NCBI GenBank assembly: GCA_963663385.2
Contig: CAXXXD010000002.1
Location: 448,001 to 512,000 of the forward strand
DNA length: 64,000 bases
Origin: Oceanispirochaeta sp.
GTDB taxonomy: Bacteria; Spirochaetota; Spirochaetia; DSM-2461
Direction of reading: 5' to 3'
A program made the position numbers and the translations under genes. The notes beneath the pieces are model-generated. The model saw nothing but the letters and a program-made list of their open reading frames with translations. It was not told where the DNA came from and ran no database searches. The stretch's first letter is position 1; each line of letters begins with the position of its first letter. Shown one piece after another: positions 1 through 10,476 of this stretch.

Positions 1-871
1 CCTCTTCGGCTGCTCTTATATAGGTTTCTATCTCTTCTGCCGGCATTGCTTCCAGGGGGTGTTCATAGGAGCGTCCCAGGTTCCGGTATTTCCCGGCGCC
101 CAGGGGATGGTAGGGCATAAAATCGATCCCTTTGATGCTTTGGTCCGCATCGGGCAGTTTGTTCAGCTTTTTCAGAATCGATAGTATGGTCCGGTTGTCA
201 TGATTAAAATCGTCTATCACGGGGATACGTATCCGGATGGCAGTTCCTGTTCGGATAAGCTGTTTTAGATTGTTCCATATCAGTTCCAGGTCCCCTCCTG
301 TCTGTTCTCTAAATACGACTGGATCAATATGCTTGATATCACAAAGGAATTCATCAATAAGGGGAACCAGGTTCTCAATGTTTTTCCAGGGAACGTGGAG
401 GCAGGTTTCCACAGCAATTGAGACTCCTTCCGCCTTTACGATAGAGGCAATTTCCCGGCAGAGTTCCGGCTGCATCAGCGGCTCTCCTCCCGACAGGGTT
501 ACGCCGCCGTTTTTTCCGTAAAATGCCTTGTCCTTCAATGCTTCCCCGGCAATTTCCTCTGCTGTTTTATCCTCTCCGATCAGCTGCAGCGCCCTGGTGG
601 GACAGATATCTTTATACTGCTGCGGCTCAGTCTGTCTTTCCGGATGAAAAACAGCCCGGCTCTCTTCCCGGGACATGGCACCTTCCGGTTCAACAGCTGT
701 GCAGTCACCGCAGCCCATACAGCGGGAGGCGTCAAACATCAGTTCCTGATTGAAACTCTGGCTTTCGGGGTTGCTGCACCAGCTGCAGTGCAGGGGACAC
801 CCTTTAAAAAATACAGTAGTCCTGAGTCCCTCCCCGTCGTGCAGGGAGAAACGTTGAATATTGAAAATCAT
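1..871 (-). CDS. Glycyl-radical enzyme activating protein (radical SAM, PflA family); 3' end runs off the window
   Basis: Manual minus-strand translation from ATG at 871: MIFNIQRFSLHDGEGLRTTVFFKGCPLHCSWCSNPESQ (CxxxCxxC motif), later GGVTLSGGEPLMQ; AAGGAG upstream. Not in the ORF track because it is open at the window edge. Confidence 0.92.
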   Translation of the reverse strand, partial: MIFNIQRFSLHDGEGLRTTVFFKGCPLHCSWCSNPESQSFNQELMFDASRCMGCGDCTAVEPEGAMSREESRAVFHPERQTEPQQYKDICPTRALQLIGEDKTAEEIAGEALKDKAFYGKNGGVTLSGGEPLMQPELCREIASIVKAEGVSIAVETCLHVPWKNIENLVPLIDEFLCDIKHIDPVVFREQTGGDLELIWNNLKQLIRTGTAIRIRIPVIDDFNHDNRTILSILKKLNKLPDADQSIKGIDFMPYHPLGAGKYRNLGRSYEHPLEAMPAEEIETYIRAAEE

Positions 872-995
872 TCAGGCCGTCTCTCCTTGTTATTACTCTA
901 TTGAAATTGCGAACGAAAGTCAAATAGCTTTTTAACGAAAATTGTGATTTGGTTAAAATAAGAACTTTCTGGTTTTAATCTCTTTCGTTCGGAGA

Positions 996-1024
996 TTTAC
1001 AGAATTCTTTCTGTAGACTATACT
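996..1024 (+). promoter_or_regulatory. Sigma70-like promoter of the DeoR gene (TTTACA-17-TATACT), likely leaderless transcript
   Basis: -10 box ends 7 nt before ATG 1032; no SD sequence. Confidence 0.55.
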
Positions 1025-1031
1025 CCTGGGT

Positions 1032-1775
1032 ATGATAGAACGGCATCAGCGAATTCTCCAGTTGATAAACAGTGAAAAAGAAGCATCAGTTACAGAACTC
1101 TCCCGGATTCTGGATGTATCGGTTGTAACTATCAGAAGCGATCTCCGTGCTCTGGAAGAACAGAACCTGCTGGTCAGGACGCACGGGGGGGCCAGTCTGC
1201 CCTCTACGGACGATATTGCCCGCAGGATGAGCATTAACTATCCGGTCAAGCAGAAGATTGCCGCTGCGGCAGCAGCTGAAGTGGAGGAGGGAGAAACCAT
1301 TCTTCTTGAAGCCGGGTCCTGCGTGGCCCTGATGGCCCGGGAACTTGTAAAACGGAAAGGGATCAATGTGATTACCAACAATGCCTTTATTGCCAGGCAG
1401 CTAAAGGACGCTCCGGGTATTAATGTTATCCTTATGGGCGGCACTTACCAGAAGGAGAGCGAGACCATGGTGGGGGCTATGACCCGTGAATATCTGAAGT
1501 TCTATAATTTCAGCAAGGTTTTTATGGGGATGGACGGCTTTACCATGGATCAGGGCGCCATGTGCCGCGACCTGGAGCGGGCGGAAGTCATGAGCGAGTT
1601 TGTCAGGCGGGCGGAAAAGGTCTATTTCCTGTCGGATTCCTCCAAACTGGGAAAAAAGGCGGTCCGAACAATCTGTTCCCCCGGGGAGATGGACTGTCTT
1701 ATTACAGACAACGGCGTTACGGAAGAGTATCGTGAACTATTGGAATCCTGTCATATCCGCCTGATCAGAACCTGA
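1032..1775 (+). CDS. DeoR/GlpR family transcriptional regulator
   Basis: N-terminal 'SVTELSRILDVSVVTIRSDLRALE..RTHGGA' HTH plus DeoR C-terminal sensor domain. Confidence 0.95.
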   Translation: MIERHQRILQLINSEKEASVTELSRILDVSVVTIRSDLRALEEQNLLVRTHGGASLPSTDDIARRMSINYPVKQKIAAAAAAEVEEGETILLEAGSCVALMARELVKRKGINVITNNAFIARQLKDAPGINVILMGGTYQKESETMVGAMTREYLKFYNFSKVFMGMDGFTMDQGAMCRDLERAEVMSEFVRRAEKVYFLSDSSKLGKKAVRTICSPGEMDCLITDNGVTEEYRELLESCHIRLIRT

Positions 1776-1880
1776 GCCCTATTTCAGACTTTTGGAAATA
1801 ATATTCTTGAAACGGGTTGTGGAAATATACCGGTCTGCCAAAAGCTTTCCTTTGTATATAAGGTTAAAGGACGCAATTAA

Positions 1881-3101
1881 TCAGGGATTGCCCGGGAACA
1901 GGCTGAACCTTCCGGGATTCAATAGAACAGACTTTTCGCTTCCTGCCGGAAGGATCACTTCCAGATCGCCCCACCGGCTGCTGCACTCTGCCAGAATCCT
2001 GTTGCTGTCCAGTACATGCTCTTTCCGGATTTCAGCTTCGATGCCGGCTCCCTTTTCAACCGTTTGAACTTCATTTGCCCGAAAAAGAAAGCTGTAGTTT
2101 CCATCGGGGCTTTCCACTGCAATCCCGAAGGGTTGTATTATGCCATCCTCAACCCGGACTCTCAGTTTGTTGACTGAAAAGCGGGATGTCAGTTCAAAGG
2201 CCGTTACTGATGCCGGGTTATCATACACATCCATGGTTTTTCCGAATTGTATTATCCTTCCCCTGTCAATAATGGCTATATAATCGCTTAAGGCCAGAGC
2301 GGTTTCCGGATCATGCAGACTGACAATGGTTGTTTTCCCCATTCCGGATACCAGCTCTTTCAAAAATACCCGCATCTGTATTCTGAGTTTTGTATCCAGC
2401 CTGGCCATGGGTTCATCCATAATAAGAATATCAATATTCCTTATATCTGCCTTGCCAATGGCTATAAGCTGTTTGACCCCCTCCGGCAGCGCTCTGACCA
2501 TACTGTCCAGTTCTCTCTCTTCTATACACAGTTTCCGGGCCATTTCCTCTACGGCCGGATCAATTTTGACTTTTTCTATTTTTCTCTGGAGTTCGAGGGG
2601 GAAGCGGATATTCCCCCTTCCGCTCCTGTTGGGCATCAGGGCATAATCTTCAAATACAAAACCGATATTCCTGTCTGCCGAAGCAAGCTGGTCCAGCCGT
2701 TCCGTTCCCAGGAATACGGCCCCTGAATCCGGTTTGTTCAGCCCGGCAAGGGCTTTCAGCAGCATCGTTTTTCCCGATCCGGAGGCTCCCAGTATGGTCA
2801 GTATTTTACCCCGTGGAATTTCAAAGCTGATATCCTTGAGCTGAAATTCCTCCCTGTGAAAGTTCAGGTTTTTAACCAGAAAGATATTCTCATCGGTGTT
2901 TTCTATTGTTTCACAGTTTTTATGGAACTCCTGTTTCTGCTTCTCCACATAGGCAAGCAGGTCCGAGTAGAGGACCCTGATGGCGCTTCCCACCTTAAAG
3001 GCTTCGATCTCCTTATCCCGGATCAGGTTGTAAACCATCTGATTGGAGATATTCAGGAATTTGGCGACTTCTTTAATTGTAAGTGTTTGCTCGTTTACCA
3101 T
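1881..3101 (-). CDS. Excisionase-type HTH domain fused to a MalK-like ABC ATPase
   Basis: N-terminal 'LTIKEVAKFLNISNQMVYNLIRDKEIEAFKVGSAIRV' (HTH_17-like); Walker A GASGSGKT, Walker B ILIMDEP, H-loop SLHD. Confidence 0.85.
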   Translation of the reverse strand: MVNEQTLTIKEVAKFLNISNQMVYNLIRDKEIEAFKVGSAIRVLYSDLLAYVEKQKQEFHKNCETIENTDENIFLVKNLNFHREEFQLKDISFEIPRGKILTILGASGSGKTMLLKALAGLNKPDSGAVFLGTERLDQLASADRNIGFVFEDYALMPNRSGRGNIRFPLELQRKIEKVKIDPAVEEMARKLCIEERELDSMVRALPEGVKQLIAIGKADIRNIDILIMDEPMARLDTKLRIQMRVFLKELVSGMGKTTIVSLHDPETALALSDYIAIIDRGRIIQFGKTMDVYDNPASVTAFELTSRFSVNKLRVRVEDGIIQPFGIAVESPDGNYSFLFRANEVQTVEKGAGIEAEIRKEHVLDSNRILAECSSRWGDLEVILPAGSEKSVLLNPGRFSLFPGNP

Positions 3102-3262
3102 AACATACTCCTTTACAGTACTCTATATTATAATATTTTATAACATAATATAATAATGTCAAATCTGTTATAGCAGGAGTATATATAAGGAGTTCTTCAT
3201 CCACTTTCTCCGATCCCCGAGCAAAGTGAGGGGGGAGGTTGAATAGATAGGTGGGGTTGTTT

Positions 3263-5848
3263 TTACTGCTTCGGTGCAGGTTCCCTGAATTCTCTGTATC
3301 GTACGGGACTCTCTTCCCGATGCAGATCCTCCGGCCAGGTGATATCAAAGATACAGGCTTCGTCACCCCTGTGGACACACTCCGTCTGCACAACCCGGCC
3401 GTTTCTGATGCCGTACATATCCAGGATCCCCATGTAAACCCCTTCAATGACCGAGCAGGTATAACCGGGAGAGTAGGCTTTGATCTTCAGATGTCCCGGC
3501 TCGTACAGCAGGATCTGCCTTTTTTTTACATCCGGACCCTTATGGTAGTCCAGAAAGGTGTCGCATTCCAGTTTGAGCATCTCTCCGGCGGTTTCTACAG
3601 AAGGCGGAAGCCCTCCCGCTTTCTGTATGGTCGGATAGATTTTCCGGCCCAGCATCACCAGCGCCCGTATTCCGGAGATGGAGTTTTCAGCATAAATCTT
3701 CATAAAACTGTTCCAGATAGCCGTTTCAACCCAGTCATCCGGAGTCAGTTCGTCCCAATGTTTCCCCGTCTTTTTAAACAGCAGGGCATCTGCTTTCTGC
3801 TGTATTTCGGGATTCAGATTCATCAGCATCCCTGTGAGATTCACAATATTACCCCTGACTTGAGCCTTGACCGGCTTTATACAGCTAAAGGCCGTTTTCA
3901 GGTTATCTCCCGGCTCCTCCTGCTCGACAACCCTGTATTCCACCTGTTCCGTATCGGTCTTTCTGTTTGATTTATCAGTTGTCGTAAAATACTTCAGTTC
4001 CGAGATAATACCGCTTACCATCTCTTTATTGGTAATACTTGTAGACATAACATTCTTTACAGCTGTATTTATCTCTTCAACGCTGGAGGTTATTTCCTGT
4101 ATTCTTATTCTGTTGTCATCGCTGGTGTCTTTCAGCTGCATTATCTCATTCAGTACCAGTCTACTCCCGTGACCGATCTCATTCGCCCCGGCCCGAACGG
4201 TTTCCGTAATACGGGTCATACTGCCCAGTGATTCCAGAATCTGTTTACTGCCGCTGCTCTGCTCTATCATGGCAAAACGGATTTCTTCATTGCGCTGGCT
4301 GACATTTTCAACCTTATCCTGAATAACGGTGAAGCTTGCCGCTGTCTCTTCAGAGCTTTTAACAATTTCATGAATTAACCCCTGGATGGAATTCAGCATA
4401 TTGGATACTTCATGGCTCTGCTGGCTGGTGGATTCGGCCAGTTTTCTTATTTCATCCGCTACAACACTGAACCCTTTTCCCGCTTCACCGGCATGGGCTG
4501 CCTCAATAGCCGCATTCATGGCAAGGAGATTGGTTTGACTGGCAATACCGCTTATCAGCTGATTGGTTTCCATCAGACGCTTTGATTCGTCGGCAATCTT
4601 TAATATCTGACTGTTATTCTGATTCATCTTGTTCATACCGTTTTTACTGGCCTGATTGAGTTCTTCCGAGGATTGATGGACCTTATTCATATTCAATGTA
4701 ACACTATCGATAGAGCTGACCATCTGTTCAATGGCACTGGAGGATTCTATTACCTGGCTGGCCTGCTCTTCTATAGCTGAGTTGAGGGATTCAATATTGC
4801 CGTTAATCCGGGATATGGCGGAAGTCACCTCTTCCACATTACTCCCCTGGGCAGTAAGATGCTGATTCATAGACTTCAGGTTCCCTGTCATCATGTTCAG
4901 GGACGCACTTGATTCTTCCGCACTTTCGGATAAGCCATTTCCCACGTCTTCCAGTCTGTATGTTCTGGACTTGATCTCTCTTATAATCCGGGTAAGTTGA
5001 GAGCTCATTTTTTTCATGGCAGAATAAGCGCCCTGAGCCGGTTCTCCCGTTTCTTTTATCACAAGGTTTCCATTGCTGATCCGTTCGGACAGAGATACCA
5101 GCTCCCGGGGATCGGCGCCAAGCCGTCTGTTAATCAGCAGAAAAATCAGAAAACAGGCCATCCCTGCTGCTGCGGCTGCAATAAATATCTGGAGTGTCAG
5201 GACGAGAGTCGTAAAAATCCTGATTTTTCTGTCGATCAGGGAAATCTCTCCGGATATCCTCTGATCCAGTTTCTCAATAAAGGCATTGACTGTCCCCCGG
5301 ATCTTATAGATCTCCTGATGATAGAAATTGCCGTATAAATGTCTGATCCCGAACTGTACTGAGCTTTCACCTTCCCGGATATCCCCCGGACCATCCTGTA
5401 TTTCACCGGATTTTATAGACTGCATGACCTGATCTTCCAGTTTGAACAGATGATCGGACATGTCTGAAATCTGCTGCAGAATAGTAAACTCATCTACGGA
5501 TAAGCCAATTCCCCGCATAATTTCACTCTGGGCTTTCACTTCTCCCCTGTAGAGGTCTTTGTTTACATAATCGGGACGGGCAGTCATTCCGGTACGCCAC
5601 TTTATTATCTGCCAGTATTCATCCCAGTACTTCTGTTCGGCTGTTGTCGCGTATGTCCGGGCATAACGGGTAAGATCCATCGAAGTCTGGCGTAATTCAT
5701 TGGCAATGGTGAAAGCGTAATACCTCTCGGTCAGCTTTCCTTCGACCTGCTTTGTCAGAAAAGAATTCCAGACAGTCAGTGTGACAGACCCCAGTACCAT
5801 AAATGTTATAGAAAATCCCAGGACCTTCACTATCAACTTAAACTTCAT
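3263..5848 (-). CDS. Methyl-accepting chemotaxis protein with an extra C-terminal V4R-like domain
   Basis: Two TM helices; '[38 protein letters not shown]' signalling tip; C-terminus '[10 protein letters not shown]...[18 protein letters not shown]'. Confidence 0.9.
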   Translation of the reverse strand: MKFKLIVKVLGFSITFMVLGSVTLTVWNSFLTKQVEGKLTERYYAFTIANELRQTSMDLTRYARTYATTAEQKYWDEYWQIIKWRTGMTARPDYVNKDLYRGEVKAQSEIMRGIGLSVDEFTILQQISDMSDHLFKLEDQVMQSIKSGEIQDGPGDIREGESSVQFGIRHLYGNFYHQEIYKIRGTVNAFIEKLDQRISGEISLIDRKIRIFTTLVLTLQIFIAAAAAGMACFLIFLLINRRLGADPRELVSLSERISNGNLVIKETGEPAQGAYSAMKKMSSQLTRIIREIKSRTYRLEDVGNGLSESAEESSASLNMMTGNLKSMNQHLTAQGSNVEEVTSAISRINGNIESLNSAIEEQASQVIESSSAIEQMVSSIDSVTLNMNKVHQSSEELNQASKNGMNKMNQNNSQILKIADESKRLMETNQLISGIASQTNLLAMNAAIEAAHAGEAGKGFSVVADEIRKLAESTSQQSHEVSNMLNSIQGLIHEIVKSSEETAASFTVIQDKVENVSQRNEEIRFAMIEQSSGSKQILESLGSMTRITETVRAGANEIGHGSRLVLNEIMQLKDTSDDNRIRIQEITSSVEEINTAVKNVMSTSITNKEMVSGIISELKYFTTTDKSNRKTDTEQVEYRVVEQEEPGDNLKTAFSCIKPVKAQVRGNIVNLTGMLMNLNPEIQQKADALLFKKTGKHWDELTPDDWVETAIWNSFMKIYAENSISGIRALVMLGRKIYPTIQKAGGLPPSVETAGEMLKLECDTFLDYHKGPDVKKRQILLYEPGHLKIKAYSPGYTCSVIEGVYMGILDMYGIRNGRVVQTECVHRGDEACIFDITWPEDLHREESPVRYREFREPAPKQ

Positions 5849-5966
5849 ACAAAACCCCCGTTAATACCAGATACATTTGATCTGAAACTGTTCTATGATG
5901 AGTGTTTGCTGATTGAGGTTTAATGAATTTTAGTTTACCGGAAACGGATGTTCAATATAAAAACTT

Positions 5967-7478
5967 CTAAAAGGGACCGAAACTGAATCCGACGGCCGCC
6001 ATAAGGAAAAGCATGGACAGCCCGGCTATCCCGGCCTGCATCTTCCAGGTCCACTTCATCCATTTGGGATAGCTCACTACTGTAAAACTCAATCCTATCA
6101 GAAGGAGGGCGTTTGTTGGAAAAATCATATTGCTGAATCCGTCGCCCATATCGAAAGCAAAAACAGCGGTCTGCCTGGTCAGACCGACCAGATCCGCCAG
6201 AGGGGCGATGATAGGCATAACAAGGAAGGCTTTGGCGGAGGCGCTGCTGATAAAAAAATTGAGAGCCAGGGTCAGCAGGTAGATATAAAAAGCGGCTATA
6301 AATGGATTGGTCCCTTTTATGGTCCGGGAAGCGTAGAAGAGAATGGTATCCATAACATTTCCCCGGGTCATAATATGGGGAACGCTCATGGCCATCAGAA
6401 TCAGAAGGATTCCCGGAAACATATTAAGGGCCCCCGAACCAAGAACTTTCAGAAGTTCCTTCCAGCTGTATCCGATTATCCGCCCGGCGCCGGCACCCCC
6501 GATAAGGAAGAGAAGGGCAACCGCCGGGAAAGCGGCATCCGAGGGGAGGGCAGGGATGAGACCAGACAGGATCATAAAGACAATGGCAACGCCCAGGCAG
6601 GACCCGAACCAGAGGGCTGCTTTTACCTTCATGGGATCACTTTCTTTTTGATGGCTCAGCACGGCTTCTGCGCTGAACCGGTCCCTCACTTTCGCATCCG
6701 CTTCATAAACAGGTGATGCTTCAGGATTTTTCTCAATTTTCCGGGCATAACCGCTGACAAAGAGGTAGCACATGCTGTAAGTGGCTATAAAAAAGAGAAT
6801 CCGGAACCAGGCGCCCGAAAAGAGGGGCAGATCGGAAAGCTCCTGAGCTACGGCGATGGTAAAGGGGTTGGTTACCGCTGCGGCAAAACCGAAGCTGAGA
6901 GCCAGGAGGCTCATGCCCAGGCCTGTCAGGGAGTCCCATCCCAGAGCCAGGGAAAGGGGGACAATAATGACAATAAGGGGAACCAGTCCCTCATAAACTC
7001 CCACAAAGGCCGCCAGGAACATCATGGCAAACATTATCACGCCCAGCAGGCGGTACTTGTTCTTTCTGAAACGGGAGACCGTTCCTGCCAATAGCTCCTG
7101 CATAACCCCGCCCTTCTCCAGAACCGAGAAGGAGCCCCCCAGAAAAACCATAAACAGGGAGAGAACCAGTACCATCAGCCAATTGTCTCCCCAGATCACC
7201 TCAACGGGAGAGGTGAACCAGCGCCAGACAGGGAAGGATGACTCGGTCAGGTACTCGAAGGATCCGGCCACCACAGCCATCCTGTCCTCAATCATTACCC
7301 TTTCATAGGCTCCCGCCGGTATCCAGCGTGTCAGGAATCCGGAGAAGATAATCAGCAGGAAGAGAATCCCGAAGGCCGTAAGAAAGGGTTTTACGCCTAT
7401 CTTCAGCATGGATTCATTCTCATTCGTCTCTGTTTTAATTTCTGCGGGGCGCTTCAGTGCATTTTCCCGTAGTTGCAT
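5967..7478 (-). CDS. YfcC family (DcuC/IT superfamily) transporter
   Basis: Multi-TM; 'IPAGAYER', 'NPFTIAVAQELSDLPLFSG', 'GDGFSNMIFPT' motifs. Confidence 0.88.
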   Translation of the reverse strand: MQLRENALKRPAEIKTETNENESMLKIGVKPFLTAFGILFLLIIFSGFLTRWIPAGAYERVMIEDRMAVVAGSFEYLTESSFPVWRWFTSPVEVIWGDNWLMVLVLSLFMVFLGGSFSVLEKGGVMQELLAGTVSRFRKNKYRLLGVIMFAMMFLAAFVGVYEGLVPLIVIIVPLSLALGWDSLTGLGMSLLALSFGFAAAVTNPFTIAVAQELSDLPLFSGAWFRILFFIATYSMCYLFVSGYARKIEKNPEASPVYEADAKVRDRFSAEAVLSHQKESDPMKVKAALWFGSCLGVAIVFMILSGLIPALPSDAAFPAVALLFLIGGAGAGRIIGYSWKELLKVLGSGALNMFPGILLILMAMSVPHIMTRGNVMDTILFYASRTIKGTNPFIAAFYIYLLTLALNFFISSASAKAFLVMPIIAPLADLVGLTRQTAVFAFDMGDGFSNMIFPTNALLLIGLSFTVVSYPKWMKWTWKMQAGIAGLSMLFLMAAVGFSFGPF

Positions 7479-7497
7479 ATTTATTCCTTTATTGGGT

Positions 7498-8967
7498 TTA
7501 CAGCTCTCTGAAAAGGCGGAGGTAAAAGTCCATACCCTTTTTCAGATTCTCAAGTGATACCTTCTCATTCACTCCGTGAATACTGGCAATATCCTTTGGC
7601 AGCAGTTCCAGAGGGGTAAAGCGAAGGATCTGGTCGCTCAGGTTCCGGTAGTATTTGGAGTCGGTCGATCCGTTTACCAGAAAGGGAACGGCAACTGTTC
7701 CCGGGTGGGTCTTGCTTAGGGTATCTTTTATAAGGCGAAAGCCGCTTCCTTCAGGATCCGTTGCCTTGATGGGGTTGTTGGAGGGCCAGTTTCCGGCGTC
7801 TGTAATCTCCAGCCCCGGATCTTTCAGAACTCTGCTGTGTCTGTGTTTCAGGCTCTCTATGGTATCCCCCGGCAAAATCCTGTGATTCACCAGACAGGCT
7901 GCCTCTCCGGGCAGGATATTCTCCTGTTCTCCTCCGTCCACAACGGTAACAGCCTGGGTGGTCCTGATGAGGCTGTCGGTGGTGCGGTTCCGGGAAAAGA
8001 CAAAACGGATAAGGGGGGCTGTAAGCCACAGGTTGGCAAAAAGAATTCCCAGAGGAGGGGAGACAACCGGAACAAAACGTTCCAGCATATTCCGCATTAC
8101 CGGATCCAGGCGGGAGGGGAAAAGCCTTTTCTCCAGGCGGGTTATACCCCGGGCCAGCTTTCCGATGGCTGTGCCGGATCTGTCTGGCATGGAGGAGTGT
8201 CCGCTCTCTCCCGACGCGCTTATTTTAAATGTTACAAAGCCCTTTTCGGCCAGGCCGATCAGGGCGGCCGGGCGTCCCTTTAAAAAGGCCAGCTGATCCC
8301 GGGCGATAACACCCCCTTCGTCCAGAATAAAATCAAACTGCAGGCCCCTCTCTCCAAGAATCCGGGCCAGGTTCTGAGCTCCCTCCAGACCGGAAATCTC
8401 CTCATCTCCGCCGAAGGCAAACCATATATCCCTTTCGGGCTGCCAGCCCTCTTCCAGAAGCCGCTCTGCCGTTTCCAGCTGGAACGCCAGCTGGGTTTTT
8501 ATATCAAGTGTGCCACGGCCCCAGAGTTCTCCCTCTTTGATCAGACCGCTGAAAGGATCCTCCCGCCAGGCTTCCCCCCCTTCCTCTTCGGCGGGAACCA
8601 CGTCGTAATGGGCCAGGAAAAGAACCGGTTTTTTATGGGAATCCTGTCCTTTCCAGTGATAGAGCAGGCCAAAGTGCCCATGGACTTCCCGTTCCATATT
8701 TTTATGGACCAGGGGAAACTGGCGGATCAGTTCTTCCTGAAAATCTGTAAAAATACGACTGTCTCTTTTATCCCGGTCTGTCCAGGAAACGGTGGGGATC
8801 CGGATCAGGGAGGCGAGTCTGTTAACAAAACGATCCTGTATTTCATTATCAGTCTCGTCCCGTGATTTCCTGTCTGCTGTTTCCTGCGTGGTGTAGCGGC
8901 TTTTTATACGGAAATAACGGCTTAAAAGAAAAATGGTAAGAGTTGAAAAGATCAGTAAAGGGATCAT
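7498..8967 (-). CDS. M20 family metallopeptidase/amidohydrolase (PM20D1/CpsS-like)
   Basis: 'LAHYDVVP', 'WGRGTLDIK', 'GGDEE', 'DEGG', 'IHGVNE' metal-binding motifs. Confidence 0.92.
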   Translation of the reverse strand: MIPLLIFSTLTIFLLSRYFRIKSRYTTQETADRKSRDETDNEIQDRFVNRLASLIRIPTVSWTDRDKRDSRIFTDFQEELIRQFPLVHKNMEREVHGHFGLLYHWKGQDSHKKPVLFLAHYDVVPAEEEGGEAWREDPFSGLIKEGELWGRGTLDIKTQLAFQLETAERLLEEGWQPERDIWFAFGGDEEISGLEGAQNLARILGERGLQFDFILDEGGVIARDQLAFLKGRPAALIGLAEKGFVTFKISASGESGHSSMPDRSGTAIGKLARGITRLEKRLFPSRLDPVMRNMLERFVPVVSPPLGILFANLWLTAPLIRFVFSRNRTTDSLIRTTQAVTVVDGGEQENILPGEAACLVNHRILPGDTIESLKHRHSRVLKDPGLEITDAGNWPSNNPIKATDPEGSGFRLIKDTLSKTHPGTVAVPFLVNGSTDSKYYRNLSDQILRFTPLELLPKDIASIHGVNEKVSLENLKKGMDFYLRLFREL

Positions 8968-9113
8968 TCAGGCAGTCCTCAGCTTGTGTTAAACTTACTT
9001 CATTTAGTGTTTTATGAAAGAAGGATAGCCGGGAAGGAGGACCGCCGTCAAGGAAATCCCGGGGCAGCGGATTTTTATTGAAAGCTATTAGCCAAACAAT
9101 TGAATTATTGTAT

Positions 9114-10247
9114 TCACTGCTCCAGGTATGTTTCCAAAGAGCACACTTCAATTTTTTCATGAATCGGGTATCGTTCTTTTCCGGGGTATATAACTACCAG
9201 TTTGGATAGCTCCAGATCCTGAATGGCTGAATGCATGGATTTGGTAGTTTTGGGAGCTTCGGATGTTTTAAACTCAATTCCAATCCTTTCACCCTTCTTC
9301 ATTATTAACAGATCTATTTCGGCACCGCTGAAGGTAGACCAGAAATAGGGCTCCGTTATGGATGAAGTCCGTAGTATCTGTTCCATGGCAAAGCTCTCCC
9401 AGGATGTTCCGTATATGGGATGGCTCAATAATTCATCATAACTCGAGATACCCAGTAAATGGTGCAGAATCCCTGTATCTGTAAAATAGATTTTAGGAGA
9501 TTTTACCTGTCGTTTCTTCATGTTGGTAAACCATGGCTGCAGAGGTCTAATCATATAAGTGGCACTGAGAATATCAATGTAGGATTGAACTGTTTTATGA
9601 TTAATACCCATTGATTGTCCCAGTTGGGATCTGTTCAGAATCTGACCATGGCTGTGAGCCAGCATTGTCCAGAATCGTCGTAGAGTTGTTGAGGGAACAT
9701 TAATTCCCAGCTGAGGAATGTCCTTTTGTAAAAAAGTCCGGATAAAACCTTCTCTCCATGCAAAACTGTCTTCTTCACTTTTAGCCAGATAGGAAAGAGG
9801 AAATCCTCCTCTAAGCCAAAGCTTTTCAGATTCTGAATTGCCAGTTTCCTTCAGGTTAAACCCGTGAAGATCAATGAACTCAACACGGCCTGCCAGAGAT
9901 TCAGAAGCATTTTTTACTAATTCAGGGAATGCACTTCCCAGGATGAGAAAACTTCCGTTATTCCCTTTCTTGTCTGCCAGTACACGCAAAACAGGGAATA
10001 GCTCAGGTCTATTCTGGATTTCATCTATGATGATCAGTCCATCCAGTGAATCCAAATATAGTTCCGGATTCTGGATTTTGGCTTGATCAATCGGGGATTC
10101 CATATCGAGAAAATGTGATGGTCTTATATTGGAAACCAATCTGGCAAGAGTCGTTTTTCCACACTGTCTCGGGCCTAGAAGTGCTGTTATTTTAACCCTG
10201 TCTAATGCTGTTTCAATTTGTTTTAAATACTTAACTCTTTCAACCAT
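9114..10247 (-). CDS. AAA+ ATPase (AAA_14) with DUF4143 / PD-(D/E)XK-like C-terminal domain
   Basis: GPRQCGKTT Walker A, IIIDEIQ Walker B, 'ESLAGR', 'KSPKIYFTDTG', 'EIDLL...IEFK'. Confidence 0.9.
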   Translation of the reverse strand: MVERVKYLKQIETALDRVKITALLGPRQCGKTTLARLVSNIRPSHFLDMESPIDQAKIQNPELYLDSLDGLIIIDEIQNRPELFPVLRVLADKKGNNGSFLILGSAFPELVKNASESLAGRVEFIDLHGFNLKETGNSESEKLWLRGGFPLSYLAKSEEDSFAWREGFIRTFLQKDIPQLGINVPSTTLRRFWTMLAHSHGQILNRSQLGQSMGINHKTVQSYIDILSATYMIRPLQPWFTNMKKRQVKSPKIYFTDTGILHHLLGISSYDELLSHPIYGTSWESFAMEQILRTSSITEPYFWSTFSGAEIDLLIMKKGERIGIEFKTSEAPKTTKSMHSAIQDLELSKLVVIYPGKERYPIHEKIEVCSLETYLEQ

Positions 10248-10255
10248 ACTGTTAT

Positions 10256-10302
10256 TTTATCATTGAAAAATGGGGGATGCAATCCCAATTTTCAATGATA
10301 AA
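10256..10302. repeat. 14-bp perfect inverted repeat (TTTATCATTGAAAA / TTTTCAATGATAAA) over the promoter of the AAA/DUF4143 gene
   Basis: Read directly; inner TGGG/CCCA extends the stem. Confidence 0.8.
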
Positions 10303-10476
10303 CGATCTTATGAAGATTATTAGAAGGGGAATATCCTTTTTCTGAATGCTTTGATCAATTTCTTTTTCTATCGATATATAAAGCATTTATGATTTCTCTG
10401 GCTTATGATAGATTTTATCAGTATCTTAAGAAGAACCAATCCGGTCATATAAAGACCGGAAGATAGGATTATTTTT

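Noticed and set aside
237..904. Plus-strand ORFs 237..521, 523..753 and 644..904
   Set aside because: Antisense shadows of the glycyl-radical activating enzyme on the minus strand
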